Part shown: piece after piece, positions 45,786 through 55,397 of the stretch
Layout: each line of letters begins with the position of its first letter
How positions within the stretch are numbered: the stretch's first letter is position 1
Virus record (IMG/VR): IMGVR_UViG_3300050015_000702
Reading direction: 5' to 3' (one strand)
Source: a virus
DNA length: 64,000 bases
Made by a program: the position numbers and the translations under genes
Notes under the pieces: model-generated
Databases searched by the model: none
What the model saw: only the letters and a program-made list of their open reading frames with translations
Told to the model about the DNA's origin: nothing

Positions 45786-46912
45786 TGAAAATAGTTAGAG
45801 AATCTCTAGATTTTGAAAGAAGTCAGAACCCGATAGACGCTTTGAATATTGGCATAAAAAAGAAGATCTATAGCCAATTAAGATCTTTTGTGGATAATGA
45901 AATGATTGGGGGAACAGGATTAGGGGATCCAAGATTTATGTATAGTTTTTATCCATCAGGTGAGGATTCTTTTTGTTTTTATGGCGAGGGAGGAAAAAAC
46001 TATATTAATGGCTTGATTAAAAAATATGGTTTGGATCAGTATTTCGATGGTAAAGGCCAAATTGAGGAAAAAACCTCTAATAGATACACGATTAGATTTA
46101 AAGTAAAAAAAGAATTACAACATATATTTGAAGAAATCCCTACCTCTTTTCATTTTATAAAAATGGAAGAGAGTTTGGACTTCGAAAGACACAAAGAACC
46201 ATTTGATGCATTGAGTCTTGGAATATACGACAAAGTTAAAAAAGGATTAAATTGTCTTAGATTATCCCCAGGAATTGGTTCAATTAGTATCATGAGTAAC
46301 AAAGATGAAGTCTGGTTGAGTATCGATGACTATAATGGCAACGGAAGATTCACGGATTATCTTTACCAATGTCTTAGCCCAAATTATTTTGAAGGTGAAG
46401 TAGAACATAGGGATATTATGAAAAGAGGGGGAAGTTGGAGAAGTAAATTCATAGTCTATGTTAGTTCACCGTATTGGGATGCTTTCAAAGCAGCTTTTGA
46501 TCCAAATGGAGGTATAAGGGAATCTGTTAATTTTGAACGTACAGGAGAACCTCTTAAAAAACTTGGAATAGGAAGATCTACTCCAGGTGTTGGACAATTT
46601 GCTCCTGCTTATTTAGAAGGAAGAGGACTTTGCAATGTATTAAAAGTTGAAAAGTATAAAGATCTTACCCCCGAAGAAAAAGATTCTTTAGCCATTTGGT
46701 ATGGCTCTTCCTTGATGCGAAATGAAAAAGACAAAACGAATCCAAATCAATTATGGGTAGAAATTATGCCAGAATTAAAACGTAAAAGTGTAACTGAAGT
46801 TGAAGAAGAGTGGATGGATGTTGATCGATTTGAAATATTGAAGAAAAAAGGCAGATGGATGGATCCGCAATGGAGGAAATCATACAAGAATCCTTATGAG
46901 CCTAAAAAGTAA
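45785..46912 (+). CDS. three-module FER-motif polyprotein
   Basis: VRESLDFERSQNPIDALNIG, MEESLDFERHKEPFDALSLG and IRESVNFERTGEPLKKLGIG. Confidence 0.8.
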   Translation: MKIVRESLDFERSQNPIDALNIGIKKKIYSQLRSFVDNEMIGGTGLGDPRFMYSFYPSGEDSFCFYGEGGKNYINGLIKKYGLDQYFDGKGQIEEKTSNRYTIRFKVKKELQHIFEEIPTSFHFIKMEESLDFERHKEPFDALSLGIYDKVKKGLNCLRLSPGIGSISIMSNKDEVWLSIDDYNGNGRFTDYLYQCLSPNYFEGEVEHRDIMKRGGSWRSKFIVYVSSPYWDAFKAAFDPNGGIRESVNFERTGEPLKKLGIGRSTPGVGQFAPAYLEGRGLCNVLKVEKYKDLTPEEKDSLAIWYGSSLMRNEKDKTNPNQLWVEIMPELKRKSVTEVEEEWMDVDRFEILKKKGRWMDPQWRKSYKNPYEPKK

Positions 46913-49900
46913 ATTAATAGCTGCTGCACTGGGCGTACTCAATGCAGAGATAACGAAATTCAAAAACCTTTTAAAAAAGCCGAATCTTCTTATCGCTCTT
47001 AAGCTTGCGGCTTTAGCTGCCGTAACTCCATTACTCATATATCTTCAGAAATTACTTCAGAAAAAAATTCAGGGGCTTTTAAGTAAAAGTTCTGATCCTG
47101 CACTTGCTTATATCCAAGACCCCAATAATATTACCGATGATGATGTAAATAACTATGTTCAGCATAGTCCAGATCTACAGCAATTCATTCATTATGTTGA
47201 TCAGGACTTTGGTAATTCTCTAACTTCGGATATTCTATTACAATGTGAAGACCCAAGTGCATACGATAATCAAGCAAATGCTCTTATGGCCTTACTCGGA
47301 GATCAGAATCTTACTGAGGACGATTTTATGAGAGTTGCAGATGAGCAAAGTGATTTGGATCTTAAAGTCGAAACATCCAGAATTGCTACAGATCTAGCAG
47401 GCCTTATTTCTAAAATAAATGGTATTCTTCCATGGGCATTTATGGCGTATATGATTATTCTAAAAGTTAAAGAATTTTTAACTCAGAATGATTACCCGTC
47501 ACCATATCGAGGAAAATATATCCAGCGTCTCATTAGAACGCTGACTGCCGTTCTTAAGGCAAGAATTCGTCAAGAAGGTCAAGCAGCAAGTAAAATCATT
47601 CCGGGAGCAGTAGGTTTAGCAAAGGATGAATTGAATCAAATCAATACAATGCTAAATACCCTCAAAAAACTGGACACAATAATTGTTGGATCCTTACTGG
47701 CAACATTTGTGTATCTTCGTAACCGACATATTCTTCAACAAGCAGCCTTGAAATCATTTGCAGAAACAGCTGGGGCTCAATCCTGTATTCCAACACCAAG
47801 AATGTTAACTGATGCTGAAACAACTCCGGATCCAAGTGCATATACACAAACAACACCAACTCTAGCTCAATTAGAAACCTGTCTTACAAGTCCGGACACA
47901 AATATTGTGCCGCATACTCCTATTGAAGATAAGCTACTTAATTTATCTTGTGAAGTTGTATTGAATCCAGATGTTAGCATTAACCAGGTATCTGGAGAAG
48001 ATACTGCGACAAAAGCTTTATTTGAAAATAAGACATTAAAGCCATTCAAAATATTGGTAAGCGCCAACGATACTTTGGATGTTCATAAACCATTTGCCGT
48101 ATTTGATGGCAACAACATCTATCCGCCACTCAATGGAGTTGTTGAGAAAATTGATGTGAATAAAATATACACTATGGATATTGTTGAACCAGCAAATAAT
48201 GATATTGGTGAAAAAATATCCAAACTTCAAGACAAATATGCGGAACAAGTAGATATTAAAGGATTTATTAGAGAATTTTATATTCCAAGCTTCTATCCTG
48301 TTATGCTTAAAGATGCACCAGGCATAGATCCTAGTATAAATGCCGAACAATTAAAAAAGGTCATTTATAAAACAGGAGGAGTAATTACCCGCTGGAATGG
48401 AATAATGACTTCATATAAAGCTCAAATAAAAGATTGGCAAAAAAGAACTAATACGATAGCAGGCAAGGATAATGTGAAAACTAAATGTGACCAGGAAAAT
48501 GTTGAGGGGATCAAAACAGAATTGGATAATAGTGATGATACGTTATTTAGTAATTTGAATAGTGATGCAGGAAATGGAATTGCCCAGGCTAGAGTAACAG
48601 CAGCAGATCCTAAAGAACTTGTAATGATTGAATTTTATTTCACATTATTACAGGATTTGATTGCATATTATGACCAGACAAGTCAAACTGTGGTTACTTT
48701 TATAAAACAAATACAGGATTTTTTAACCAATAGATATTTCTTAGATCAATATAGCTTACAAAAGATTAAAGATAAAGTAAATTCATATTGCAAGGAGTTA
48801 GCACAGGGGATGAACTTCACAACGAAAAACACGCCAGACTTCTATGCAGTAATGAAAACAAAATATGATGCAGCGACTAATTCTCAACCGAATCAAAAAT
48901 CCCAGGCTGCAAAAGACTATTTGACTTCTCTAACTACCAAGAATACAAAATTATCTTCTACCCAAATAGATGCCGAGATTAATCTTATTCTATTTTTGTT
49001 TAATTTCTCGTTAACTATTCAGGATCTTTTAAAAACAGGGTTTGCTCCAAAGATAACAAGACTACAGGAAACTCAGAATGAAGGTATTTGGATTGAAGGA
49101 TATTTCAATAATTTATGGAAGAGATATAAAGCTTTACCGGGTGAAATAGATCAAGCTACAGCTGATTTAGATGCCCTTAACCAAGTTTTCGAATCATATT
49201 CGATCATCAACATTGACAATGAGGAATATCGTTGGTACACACTTGATACAGATCCGTGCGAAGCTCCTGATGAATCAGATCCATATTTAAGTCCTAAAAC
49301 TAAAATGAGATATAGCGATAAGAAGTATTGGCTTAGATATTGTGCTTTTGCTACCCTTGCAAGCGTTGTAAATCCTGCAACAGCTTGGTCAACAGGATTT
49401 CCGCCACCAATTGGACCTATTCCTTTCCCGACTGTTTATATTCCCATTAAAGCATTCCAAGCTAAATGGGGGATGATTGTATTGGGTTTAACTATTACAG
49501 GAATATATCCATTCCCTTGGATTCTATTTGTAAACTGGTCAACTCAGAATCATATTCCTCTTGCTGATCCAGTAACACTTATTCAGAATGAAGTTGATGT
49601 TTTGAAGAAAGAAATTACAAAACAAATTCAAAACTTCAAAAAGATTACACTAAAGAATTATCTAAAGAAGCTTAAAGTAGACGTAGATAATGCGAAAGCT
49701 GTAGTAGACGAATTAGTAATTGAAAAAAGAAATCACAAAGCAGCAAAACCTAAAAGAGACCGAACTGTTAAACCGTACATTGATATTCCACGTTATACAG
49801 ATGCATTAGCAAAATGGAATACGAATGGTGCTGCTATAGATGAGAGAACTTTGGATGCCAAAAGGAAACAAATGGTTGCTGAAACCAAATATAAAATCGT

Positions 49901-50426
49901 ACAGGATGCTATCAGTGGTGCTCCAGTTAAAGATCATCCAGATCCTACTATTAAATCCATGGAGAAAGCAGAACAAACGATTAATAGTCAGTTCGACAAA
50001 TTAGACGTTATAATTCAGAAAGTAGATGACGTTTTGGCACCTTTACCCATAAATACTAAGCCAGAAACAGCGAACTTTGCTTTTACAATTAAGAATCCAA
50101 AGCCAGTTATTAACTTTGCCAAAGATATTGATCAAACTATTGCTCAAGGCCCCTTAGATAAAATCATTGCCAATTTTGAATTGAACAATGCAGACTTTAT
50201 GAATACGAATTATGGCAGTGTATTAAGTAAGAGCGTAGTCAATTACAAATCTTATAAAGCTACCTTATCTGCTTCCATGACAACATTAATTCAAAAAGAT
50301 CCATTCCCAAAATATGAGAACTTAAAACCGACTAATTTACCATACATGGCATTCTTACTTAAATCATGGGCACCGAAAGGAGCGCAGACGTATGGTTTTC
50401 CTGGCGGGAATCCACTACCTCTTTAG
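46896..50426 (+). CDS. large hypothetical virion protein with hydrophobic segments
   Basis: 1176 aa in the late operon; several hydrophobic helices and coiled coils. Confidence 0.7.
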   Translation: MSLKSKLIAAALGVLNAEITKFKNLLKKPNLLIALKLAALAAVTPLLIYLQKLLQKKIQGLLSKSSDPALAYIQDPNNITDDDVNNYVQHSPDLQQFIHYVDQDFGNSLTSDILLQCEDPSAYDNQANALMALLGDQNLTEDDFMRVADEQSDLDLKVETSRIATDLAGLISKINGILPWAFMAYMIILKVKEFLTQNDYPSPYRGKYIQRLIRTLTAVLKARIRQEGQAASKIIPGAVGLAKDELNQINTMLNTLKKLDTIIVGSLLATFVYLRNRHILQQAALKSFAETAGAQSCIPTPRMLTDAETTPDPSAYTQTTPTLAQLETCLTSPDTNIVPHTPIEDKLLNLSCEVVLNPDVSINQVSGEDTATKALFENKTLKPFKILVSANDTLDVHKPFAVFDGNNIYPPLNGVVEKIDVNKIYTMDIVEPANNDIGEKISKLQDKYAEQVDIKGFIREFYIPSFYPVMLKDAPGIDPSINAEQLKKVIYKTGGVITRWNGIMTSYKAQIKDWQKRTNTIAGKDNVKTKCDQENVEGIKTELDNSDDTLFSNLNSDAGNGIAQARVTAADPKELVMIEFYFTLLQDLIAYYDQTSQTVVTFIKQIQDFLTNRYFLDQYSLQKIKDKVNSYCKELAQGMNFTTKNTPDFYAVMKTKYDAATNSQPNQKSQAAKDYLTSLTTKNTKLSSTQIDAEINLILFLFNFSLTIQDLLKTGFAPKITRLQETQNEGIWIEGYFNNLWKRYKALPGEIDQATADLDALNQVFESYSIINIDNEEYRWYTLDTDPCEAPDESDPYLSPKTKMRYSDKKYWLRYCAFATLASVVNPATAWSTGFPPPIGPIPFPTVYIPIKAFQAKWGMIVLGLTITGIYPFPWILFVNWSTQNHIPLADPVTLIQNEVDVLKKEITKQIQNFKKITLKNYLKKLKVDVDNAKAVVDELVIEKRNHKAAKPKRDRTVKPYIDIPRYTDALAKWNTNGAAIDERTLDAKRKQMVAETKYKIVQDAISGAPVKDHPDPTIKSMEKAEQTINSQFDKLDVIIQKVDDVLAPLPINTKPETANFAFTIKNPKPVINFAKDIDQTIAQGPLDKIIANFELNNADFMNTNYGSVLSKSVVNYKSYKATLSASMTTLIQKDPFPKYENLKPTNLPYMAFLLKSWAPKGAQTYGFPGGNPLPL

Positions 50427-51216
50427 CTTTTTTCTCTGCCCAGTATTTTCGTATTCCATTTATTAGATTTTGTTTCACATCTGGACGCTGCATAGCATTT
50501 CGAGTTAGAATTTTTATGTTATCTCTTTCATTCTGATTCTCAAATCTTTTTTGAAGTTTCTTTTTAATTTTTTCTTTTGTCTCTAAGCTTTTTTCGCCAA
50601 GTCCTTTTCCCCTTCTATTTTCAGATATTTTATTTTTTATTATTATAGCTTCTTTTTCTCCATGCCTTTCTTCGAAAGTCTTATCTAAATATAAATCTTT
50701 TAAAAACTCCTTATTTTCTAAAGTCATTTTTTTACCAAATCTAGGATGTAATTCTCCTTCTTTTCCATACATTGGATTATTCTCTCCGATATTAGCTAAT
50801 CGGTAATTTTCTCTAGATTCTAAAGATTTGGGTTTTCCTTTTAATTTTTTTCGAATTATTTCTTTTGTAGCTTCCGTATGATGATAAAATTTAACACCTT
50901 GACCCCCTTCCGTCATATTATACCCAAATTCTTTTCCAAATTTGCTTATGCATGTTTTGTTTGTTTCAATCCAATATATTTCTCTTTCATTTAATTTATT
51001 AATTAAATCAATTCTTTCTGCAAATTCATAAGCTTCCACAGTCTCCCATAAAATCTGATCCTTATATTTTTTTAAAGCATTATGAAAAATAGTATTATCG
51101 TTCGAACTTCTAGAAGAATAATGTCTTTTAACCCTTTTTTCTAAACTACCGATAGATTGCCCATAATATTTTTTATTTGATGGACTTGTTGCACAATAAA
51201 TAATCCCCTTATACAT
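50359..51216 (-). CDS. GIY-YIG homing endonuclease
   Basis: GIIY...KKYYGQS, ALKKY, GYNMTEGG and GENNPMYGK; GATATATA promoter at 51230-51237. Confidence 0.88.
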   Translation of the reverse strand: MYKGIIYCATSPSNKKYYGQSIGSLEKRVKRHYSSRSSNDNTIFHNALKKYKDQILWETVEAYEFAERIDLINKLNEREIYWIETNKTCISKFGKEFGYNMTEGGQGVKFYHHTEATKEIIRKKLKGKPKSLESRENYRLANIGENNPMYGKEGELHPRFGKKMTLENKEFLKDLYLDKTFEERHGEKEAIIIKNKISENRRGKGLGEKSLETKEKIKKKLQKRFENQNERDNIKILTRNAMQRPDVKQNLINGIRKYWAEKKAKEVVDSRQENHTSALLSVPMI

Positions 51217-51308
51217 AATTTATTTATTTTATATATCAAAAACATCTTTTGGATTTTCAGCTTTTCCCCCTCCTTCAGAATTTCCGGGATTTACGCCATT
51301 ACCCGTCG

Positions 51309-51316
51309 GATAAATA
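51309..51316 (+). promoter_or_regulatory. putative late promoter GATAAATA
   Basis: 16 nt before the ATG at 51333; would also drive the 52080 polyprotein. Confidence 0.55.
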
Positions 51317-51332
51317 AATAAAACTTCCAACT

Positions 51333-52073
51333 ATGATGAATTTCCATTTTTACCCAGAAAAACTTGTTTGCGAATCTCTTGAAGAATTATACGGAGAAAA
51401 CGAAATAGAATATTCGAGTGGCGAACAAGCTGCTATATCAAGAGGCAATGATGTTATAACCAAGCCACAATTAGCTGCCATGTATTTAGCTGCGAAAGAT
51501 GCTATGGGAAGGTCGGAAGATACTCAAGGAAGAGGAGATAGCGGGTTGACACGTAATGCACTAAAAATGGGCAAAGAAACTATCACAGACTGGCAAAAAC
51601 TATCTGCTCCAAGACTAGGAGATGTATTAGATCTTAAACCTCGTACAGTTAGCTACACATTGTCGAAATTCAGACTTTTATTACAAAATAATCGTGAAGG
51701 AGTCTTTGGTAATGATTTATATGATAAGATAATTAATGCGTTTGATGAATTTGAAAAAATGTCGCCAGCAGATGTATATTCATTAGCTTCGGAAGCTGTA
51801 AACTTGGATGCAACTACTGAAAGATCCGACAAATGGGCTGAGGATACATCCGATCAAGGTAGAAAAACAAGAGAAAAAATACAGAAAAGAAATGCTAAAA
51901 TTATTCAAGCTACCTATGATTTATACAATCAGCTTAGGGGAGTTTTGGGTGAAAAAGCACCAAAAGCAGTTGTTAATAAACTTTCAACAGAATATAAAAT
52001 ATTCCCGGAAGATCTTCGCACGATAATTAAGCAGGGTCTAAAGAATGATCAGAATTTAGCCAGAAAATTCTAA
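51333..52073 (+). CDS. hypothetical helical protein with N-terminal LVCE|S site
   Basis: 246 aa under a late promoter. Confidence 0.7.
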   Translation: MMNFHFYPEKLVCESLEELYGENEIEYSSGEQAAISRGNDVITKPQLAAMYLAAKDAMGRSEDTQGRGDSGLTRNALKMGKETITDWQKLSAPRLGDVLDLKPRTVSYTLSKFRLLLQNNREGVFGNDLYDKIINAFDEFEKMSPADVYSLASEAVNLDATTERSDKWAEDTSDQGRKTREKIQKRNAKIIQATYDLYNQLRGVLGEKAPKAVVNKLSTEYKIFPEDLRTIIKQGLKNDQNLARKF

Positions 52074-52079
52074 GTAAGC

Positions 52080-55000
52080 ATGAAAGCCCTTACAATATCA
52101 GAGAAGTTGAACTTCGAACGAACCGGTGCCCCCATTAAAAAAATGGGTATCGGCACACAAGTCGAAGATCAAAAGATTCTGGACGAAACCGATTGGGCTA
52201 TTGATCTAGAAAAACATGCTTTTCTATACGATATTGTTGTCTTGATAAGAGATTATAGAGGATACCCCATTCTTGTTTTAAAGAATAAGAGTCAGGGATC
52301 ATGGCAATTTCGTGCCATTTCAAGAGTTGGGGTTTTTGGGGATTATCAGCCAACACCAGAACAAGCTTTAATTAATCTGAAAAGAAGTATTGATAAAGAA
52401 ATACAAAAGGAAAATGATTCATGGAAAGAGTGGGAAAAGAATAAAGACAAAATGCGAGGAAAACCGCTAAAAGAAGATATAAATTTTGAACGAGGAGGAG
52501 AATCTCTAGACAAACTAAGAATTGGTAAGAAATATCAATGGGATATGACTAGCGAAGAACTAGCTATCCATATCATAGAAGACATTGAAGAAAAAGTAAA
52601 ACCCGTTATGGCTAAAATAGAATTAGCTGTAAAAAAAGCTGGATTTCGTTCTTTATCTGAATATAATAATTATGTTTTGGATCAATATGATAAGACGGAT
52701 TCGACTCCATCCACAATTCATGCATCTAAAGAAATAGATATTGCTGAAAAGGAACTTGAAGATCTTATTAAAATAGAAGTAGCAAAATATCCATTTAAAG
52801 AAGGTATTAATAATATTGGATTTGTTATAGGGGATTTGTTCAGTCTAATGCTTGAAGGCGGAGCTTTTATGACTCATGTTGATATAATTAAAGGATATTT
52901 GGACAAAACATATCTTAAAGAATCTCAAAACTTTGAAAGAGGCCAAGAACCTATTAAATCTCTTCAAATTGGTCAAATGGCTCTACGAATAAACAAATTT
53001 AAACAATTGGAAAAAGCACTAGAGGAACAATTTCCTGGATTTCTGAGAGAGCCTATAGTGGACGATGATAATTATATTAGAAAAAGTATACAAGTATCTC
53101 CGTATGTTCAAGGAGGTAGTGCCAAAGGAATAGTTAATCAGTGGTTGAGAAAGAATTTGCCCGAATTCCGAATTTCCAGATTGCAGGATGTTGGATACAT
53201 TAAACACGATGTTTATTCTATGGAGATTGAATGGAAATATGACAATCTTGAGGAATCTATTAACTTTGAAAGAGGGCAAGAACCCATTAAATCAATGGGG
53301 ATTGGTCAAACTTATTTAGATAAAAAACTTATACAAGAAATTGATTGGGGCTTGGCAGATAATTTTATGGAGGTTTATCGTCTAGGAACTTTTATAAGAA
53401 ATTATAAGGGATTTCCAATTTTAATTATTATTTCGGACGCTGTTGGCGGTATTATGGCCGTTACTTCAGATCCTGGCTTAAGAAGCGATTGGAAAAAAGC
53501 TGAAACAGAAGCTCTTCAAAGTATTAAAGGAAAAATAAATGCTCGTGATCAAAGAGAAAAAAGATTGATTAAACATAATACAATGAAGGAATCCGTTAAC
53601 TTTGAAAGAGGCGGGGATCCTATACGTTCTATGGATATTGGAATGTTCCATTTTGACGTTGAATTCTCGGGGGATATTGAGAATATGGAAGATGATGAAA
53701 GAGCTATAGCCAAGAGATGGAATTACAATGGAGTTAAAATTACTCACATTGAAGGTGAAGCCGATGAAGATAGTTCAGAATTGTATATCAATTTATCAGA
53801 CGGAGATTACATTGAATTTACACAGAAATCATGGACAGGTCCTTCTCATGATCCAAATAAAACAAATTATGCTAAAATATCTGTCAAAAATTCAGGTGTT
53901 AAAGATTTAAATGTATTTGATGAATGGTTAGAAGAACTTTCAGCTGGCTCAATTATTAGAGCTACCATGAGAATGTATGAAGATATTAAGGATGGCAAAA
54001 TGAAGACCCAAAACGAGTCTTTAGATTTTGAACGTCACGAAGATCCTTTTAAAGCTCTAAAGATTGGTAGAGAAGCTCAAGCTGAAAGTTTTAAAAAATT
54101 TATTGAAGACTATTTAAAATGGAATGGGGCTGAAATCATCATAAATGAAGATGGAAGCTTTACTTATTATTGTTATCCTGGCCAATCTGTAAGAAGAGAG
54201 ATTTTAGAAGCTATTCATGAATATGGGGAAGCCGGAAAATACAAAGTTAAAGCTATAGATCTTACATCTAGAGGAGATCCAGATGGAGAAGAACGTCACG
54301 AATATCTTATTAGTCCTAAAGCATCCAAAGCTAGAAAAGTAAACGAAAACGTTTATTTTCAGAGGGAAGGGGATCCATTGGATACTTTGCAAATTGGAGA
54401 TATTAAAGGAAGAAAAATTCAGCATGACAAAGAATTACTTTTCTCAACACTTCATGACATGGCGGATAAATTCGGGACAGGGATAGTTGAGGTTGTAACA
54501 AATAAAAAATCTACACAACTAGCTCCCGATGCTCAAATACTTCAAGCACAGTTCAAATCAAATAGTAAAATTACTTATGGTGCTTTTCTAGTATTTGAAG
54601 CTGGATTAGAAATTCCTCATTATGTGTATTATTTTAGAGAGGGAGAAGATGAAATAAAAACCTGGTGCAAAGATATAACAGCGGTCATTAATGAACTAGA
54701 AATGAAAGTAATCAGATTGGAATCTGTTACTGAAGCCGCTAATTTTACTCGAGTAGGAACCCCGCAAAAACAAATGTCAGTGGGTCAAACAGCAATTGAT
54801 AAAAACATCATAGACAATACTCCCTGGAATATCAATGAACTTGTTCCTAACTGGAGAGACGAATATCGTATTATAGAAGTTATTAGGGATTATAAAGGAG
54901 AGCCTATTTTGGTTTTGGAAAATCACAAGGCCGGAAATTTTTTGGCTATAGCTATAAGTCGTAGGTCTTTTCATCACGGGGACCCAAAAACAGCTTTAGC

Positions 55001-55397
55001 TGAACTAAAAGAATTCATTGATGAAGATCAAGAAGAGAATCTATTCGAAGCAGTACATTTTAATCGTGAAGGAACCCCACTTGAAAAAATGGATATCGGT
55101 AGTGAGGATCAAAGAGAAATTTCTAAGATGGATCGTTTTGCAAAAGAATTTAGCTTTGAAAAATCCGGTTTATCTGGAACAGAATATACTCCCGAAGATG
55201 GATACATTCCTATTCAAAAATGGATTGGTCCAAAAGGTCAATGGATTGTACTTGAAAAACAATTAGACGATAAACATACTCTTAAATATTGGGTAGCTTG
55301 GAAAGGATGGGAATGGGGAAAAGACAATGGTCTAGCAAGAAGTTTTACAGATAGTAGCAAGAATTGGGAATTTTATTTTAATTATCCTTTAGCCTAA
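52080..55397 (+). CDS. nine-module FER-motif polyprotein (putative protease-processed capsid cargo)
   Basis: Nine copies of xxE|Sx[ND]FERxxxPxxx[LM]xIG, separated by ~100-150-aa modules. Confidence 0.8.
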   Translation: MKALTISEKLNFERTGAPIKKMGIGTQVEDQKILDETDWAIDLEKHAFLYDIVVLIRDYRGYPILVLKNKSQGSWQFRAISRVGVFGDYQPTPEQALINLKRSIDKEIQKENDSWKEWEKNKDKMRGKPLKEDINFERGGESLDKLRIGKKYQWDMTSEELAIHIIEDIEEKVKPVMAKIELAVKKAGFRSLSEYNNYVLDQYDKTDSTPSTIHASKEIDIAEKELEDLIKIEVAKYPFKEGINNIGFVIGDLFSLMLEGGAFMTHVDIIKGYLDKTYLKESQNFERGQEPIKSLQIGQMALRINKFKQLEKALEEQFPGFLREPIVDDDNYIRKSIQVSPYVQGGSAKGIVNQWLRKNLPEFRISRLQDVGYIKHDVYSMEIEWKYDNLEESINFERGQEPIKSMGIGQTYLDKKLIQEIDWGLADNFMEVYRLGTFIRNYKGFPILIIISDAVGGIMAVTSDPGLRSDWKKAETEALQSIKGKINARDQREKRLIKHNTMKESVNFERGGDPIRSMDIGMFHFDVEFSGDIENMEDDERAIAKRWNYNGVKITHIEGEADEDSSELYINLSDGDYIEFTQKSWTGPSHDPNKTNYAKISVKNSGVKDLNVFDEWLEELSAGSIIRATMRMYEDIKDGKMKTQNESLDFERHEDPFKALKIGREAQAESFKKFIEDYLKWNGAEIIINEDGSFTYYCYPGQSVRREILEAIHEYGEAGKYKVKAIDLTSRGDPDGEERHEYLISPKASKARKVNENVYFQREGDPLDTLQIGDIKGRKIQHDKELLFSTLHDMADKFGTGIVEVVTNKKSTQLAPDAQILQAQFKSNSKITYGAFLVFEAGLEIPHYVYYFREGEDEIKTWCKDITAVINELEMKVIRLESVTEAANFTRVGTPQKQMSVGQTAIDKNIIDNTPWNINELVPNWRDEYRIIEVIRDYKGEPILVLENHKAGNFLAIAISRRSFHHGDPKTALAELKEFIDEDQEENLFEAVHFNREGTPLEKMDIGSEDQREISKMDRFAKEFSFEKSGLSGTEYTPEDGYIPIQKWIGPKGQWIVLEKQLDDKHTLKYWVAWKGWEWGKDNGLARSFTDSSKNWEFYFNYPLA

